A stretch of 32,207 nt of DNA from Catajapyx aquilonaris. Taxonomy: Eukaryota. A program made the translations under genes and the position numbers. Shown here piece after piece: positions 31,844 through 32,207 of this stretch. The stretch is taken from the NCBI GenBank assembly GCA_000934665.2, contig JYFJ02004436.1, positions 1 through 32,207 of the forward strand. The letters run 5' to 3'. Numbering within the stretch: position 1 is the first letter of the stretch; every line of letters begins with the position of its first letter. Below the pieces are notes generated by a model, which saw nothing but the letters and a program-made list of their open reading frames with translations, was not told the origin of the DNA and did not search any database.

Positions 31844-32207
31844 ATGCAGGCTGTAAGTACTGTACATATAGATCCACATAAGTTAATTGCATTTCCATCG
31901 CTTTGTTTCATCCTGACATGATGCAACCCAGCGAGCTTGTGTTACAAATCCATTTTTGTTTCAGGCTATTGTGCTGACGATGCTGGTGGGAGCTGCCATG
32001 GCTGGTGCCTTCTACGAGAGGCCCATGACCTTTGAGGCCAGACCTGTGGCCTTTGTGCCTTCCGGTATGGACATCCCCATCGTCCGTGCCAACGACTTCA
32101 GGGACAACCAGGGAGGATACCGGTACGGATTCGAGTCTGCCAACGGGATCGTCCAGGAGGAGGCCGGATCTCTGAAGAACGTGGGCACCGAGGAACTCGC
32201 CAACGTC
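31844..32207 (+). CDS. Cuticular protein gene 10, CPR RR-1, 3'-truncated by the window edge
   Basis: Exons 31844-31852 and 31965->32207. Protein MQAAIVLTMLVGAAMAGAFYERPMTFEARPVAFVPSGMDIPIVRANDFRDNQGGYRYGFESANGIVQEEAGSLKNVGTEELANV...; the frame is open to the window end. Confidence 0.92.

Noticed and set aside
1..32207. Prokaryotic features (operons, CRISPR arrays, defence systems) and rRNA/tRNA genes
   Set aside because: The sequence is intron-containing eukaryotic DNA; no repeat-spacer array or structured RNA gene was recognised.

Overview
Eukaryotic, AT-rich arthropod (most likely insect) genomic DNA carrying a tandem cluster of ten small cuticular protein genes of the CPR family, RR-1 type (Rebers-Riddiford chitin-binding domain, Pfam Chitin_bind_4). 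Orientation in window order is - - + + - - + - - +; the tenth gene runs off the right end. The gene models were built by hand from GT-AG splice sites, and the nine complete models all close in frame. All ten genes have a 9-nt coding first exon (M-K/Q-x), a signal-peptide exon and, in nine of ten, a phase-2 second intron (at the same R&R position in eight). The most notable observations are: (i) a divergent seventh gene (24518-25077) that keeps only the C-terminal R&R core and has no evident TATA box; (ii) a gene-less, diverged ~1.2-1.5 kb tandem copy of the upstream region of gene 6, conserved in blocks rich in nuclear-receptor half-sites; (iii) a sense-oriented RGGTCA half-site just upstream of most TATA boxes, including a DR5-like 18-mer shared by genes 1 and 5; (iv) a ~340 bp element with a (TTAGG)n core, imperfect inverted repeats and a GGGGCTTCGCCCC hairpin; (v) a 181-bp GC-rich foldback element with CTCF-like arms; (vi) a probable decayed AP-endonuclease fragment of a transposon; (vii) absence of intron 2 in gene 10. 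I see no evidence for a wholly new gene system; any novelty lies in the regulatory and evolutionary detail of a known kind of cluster.
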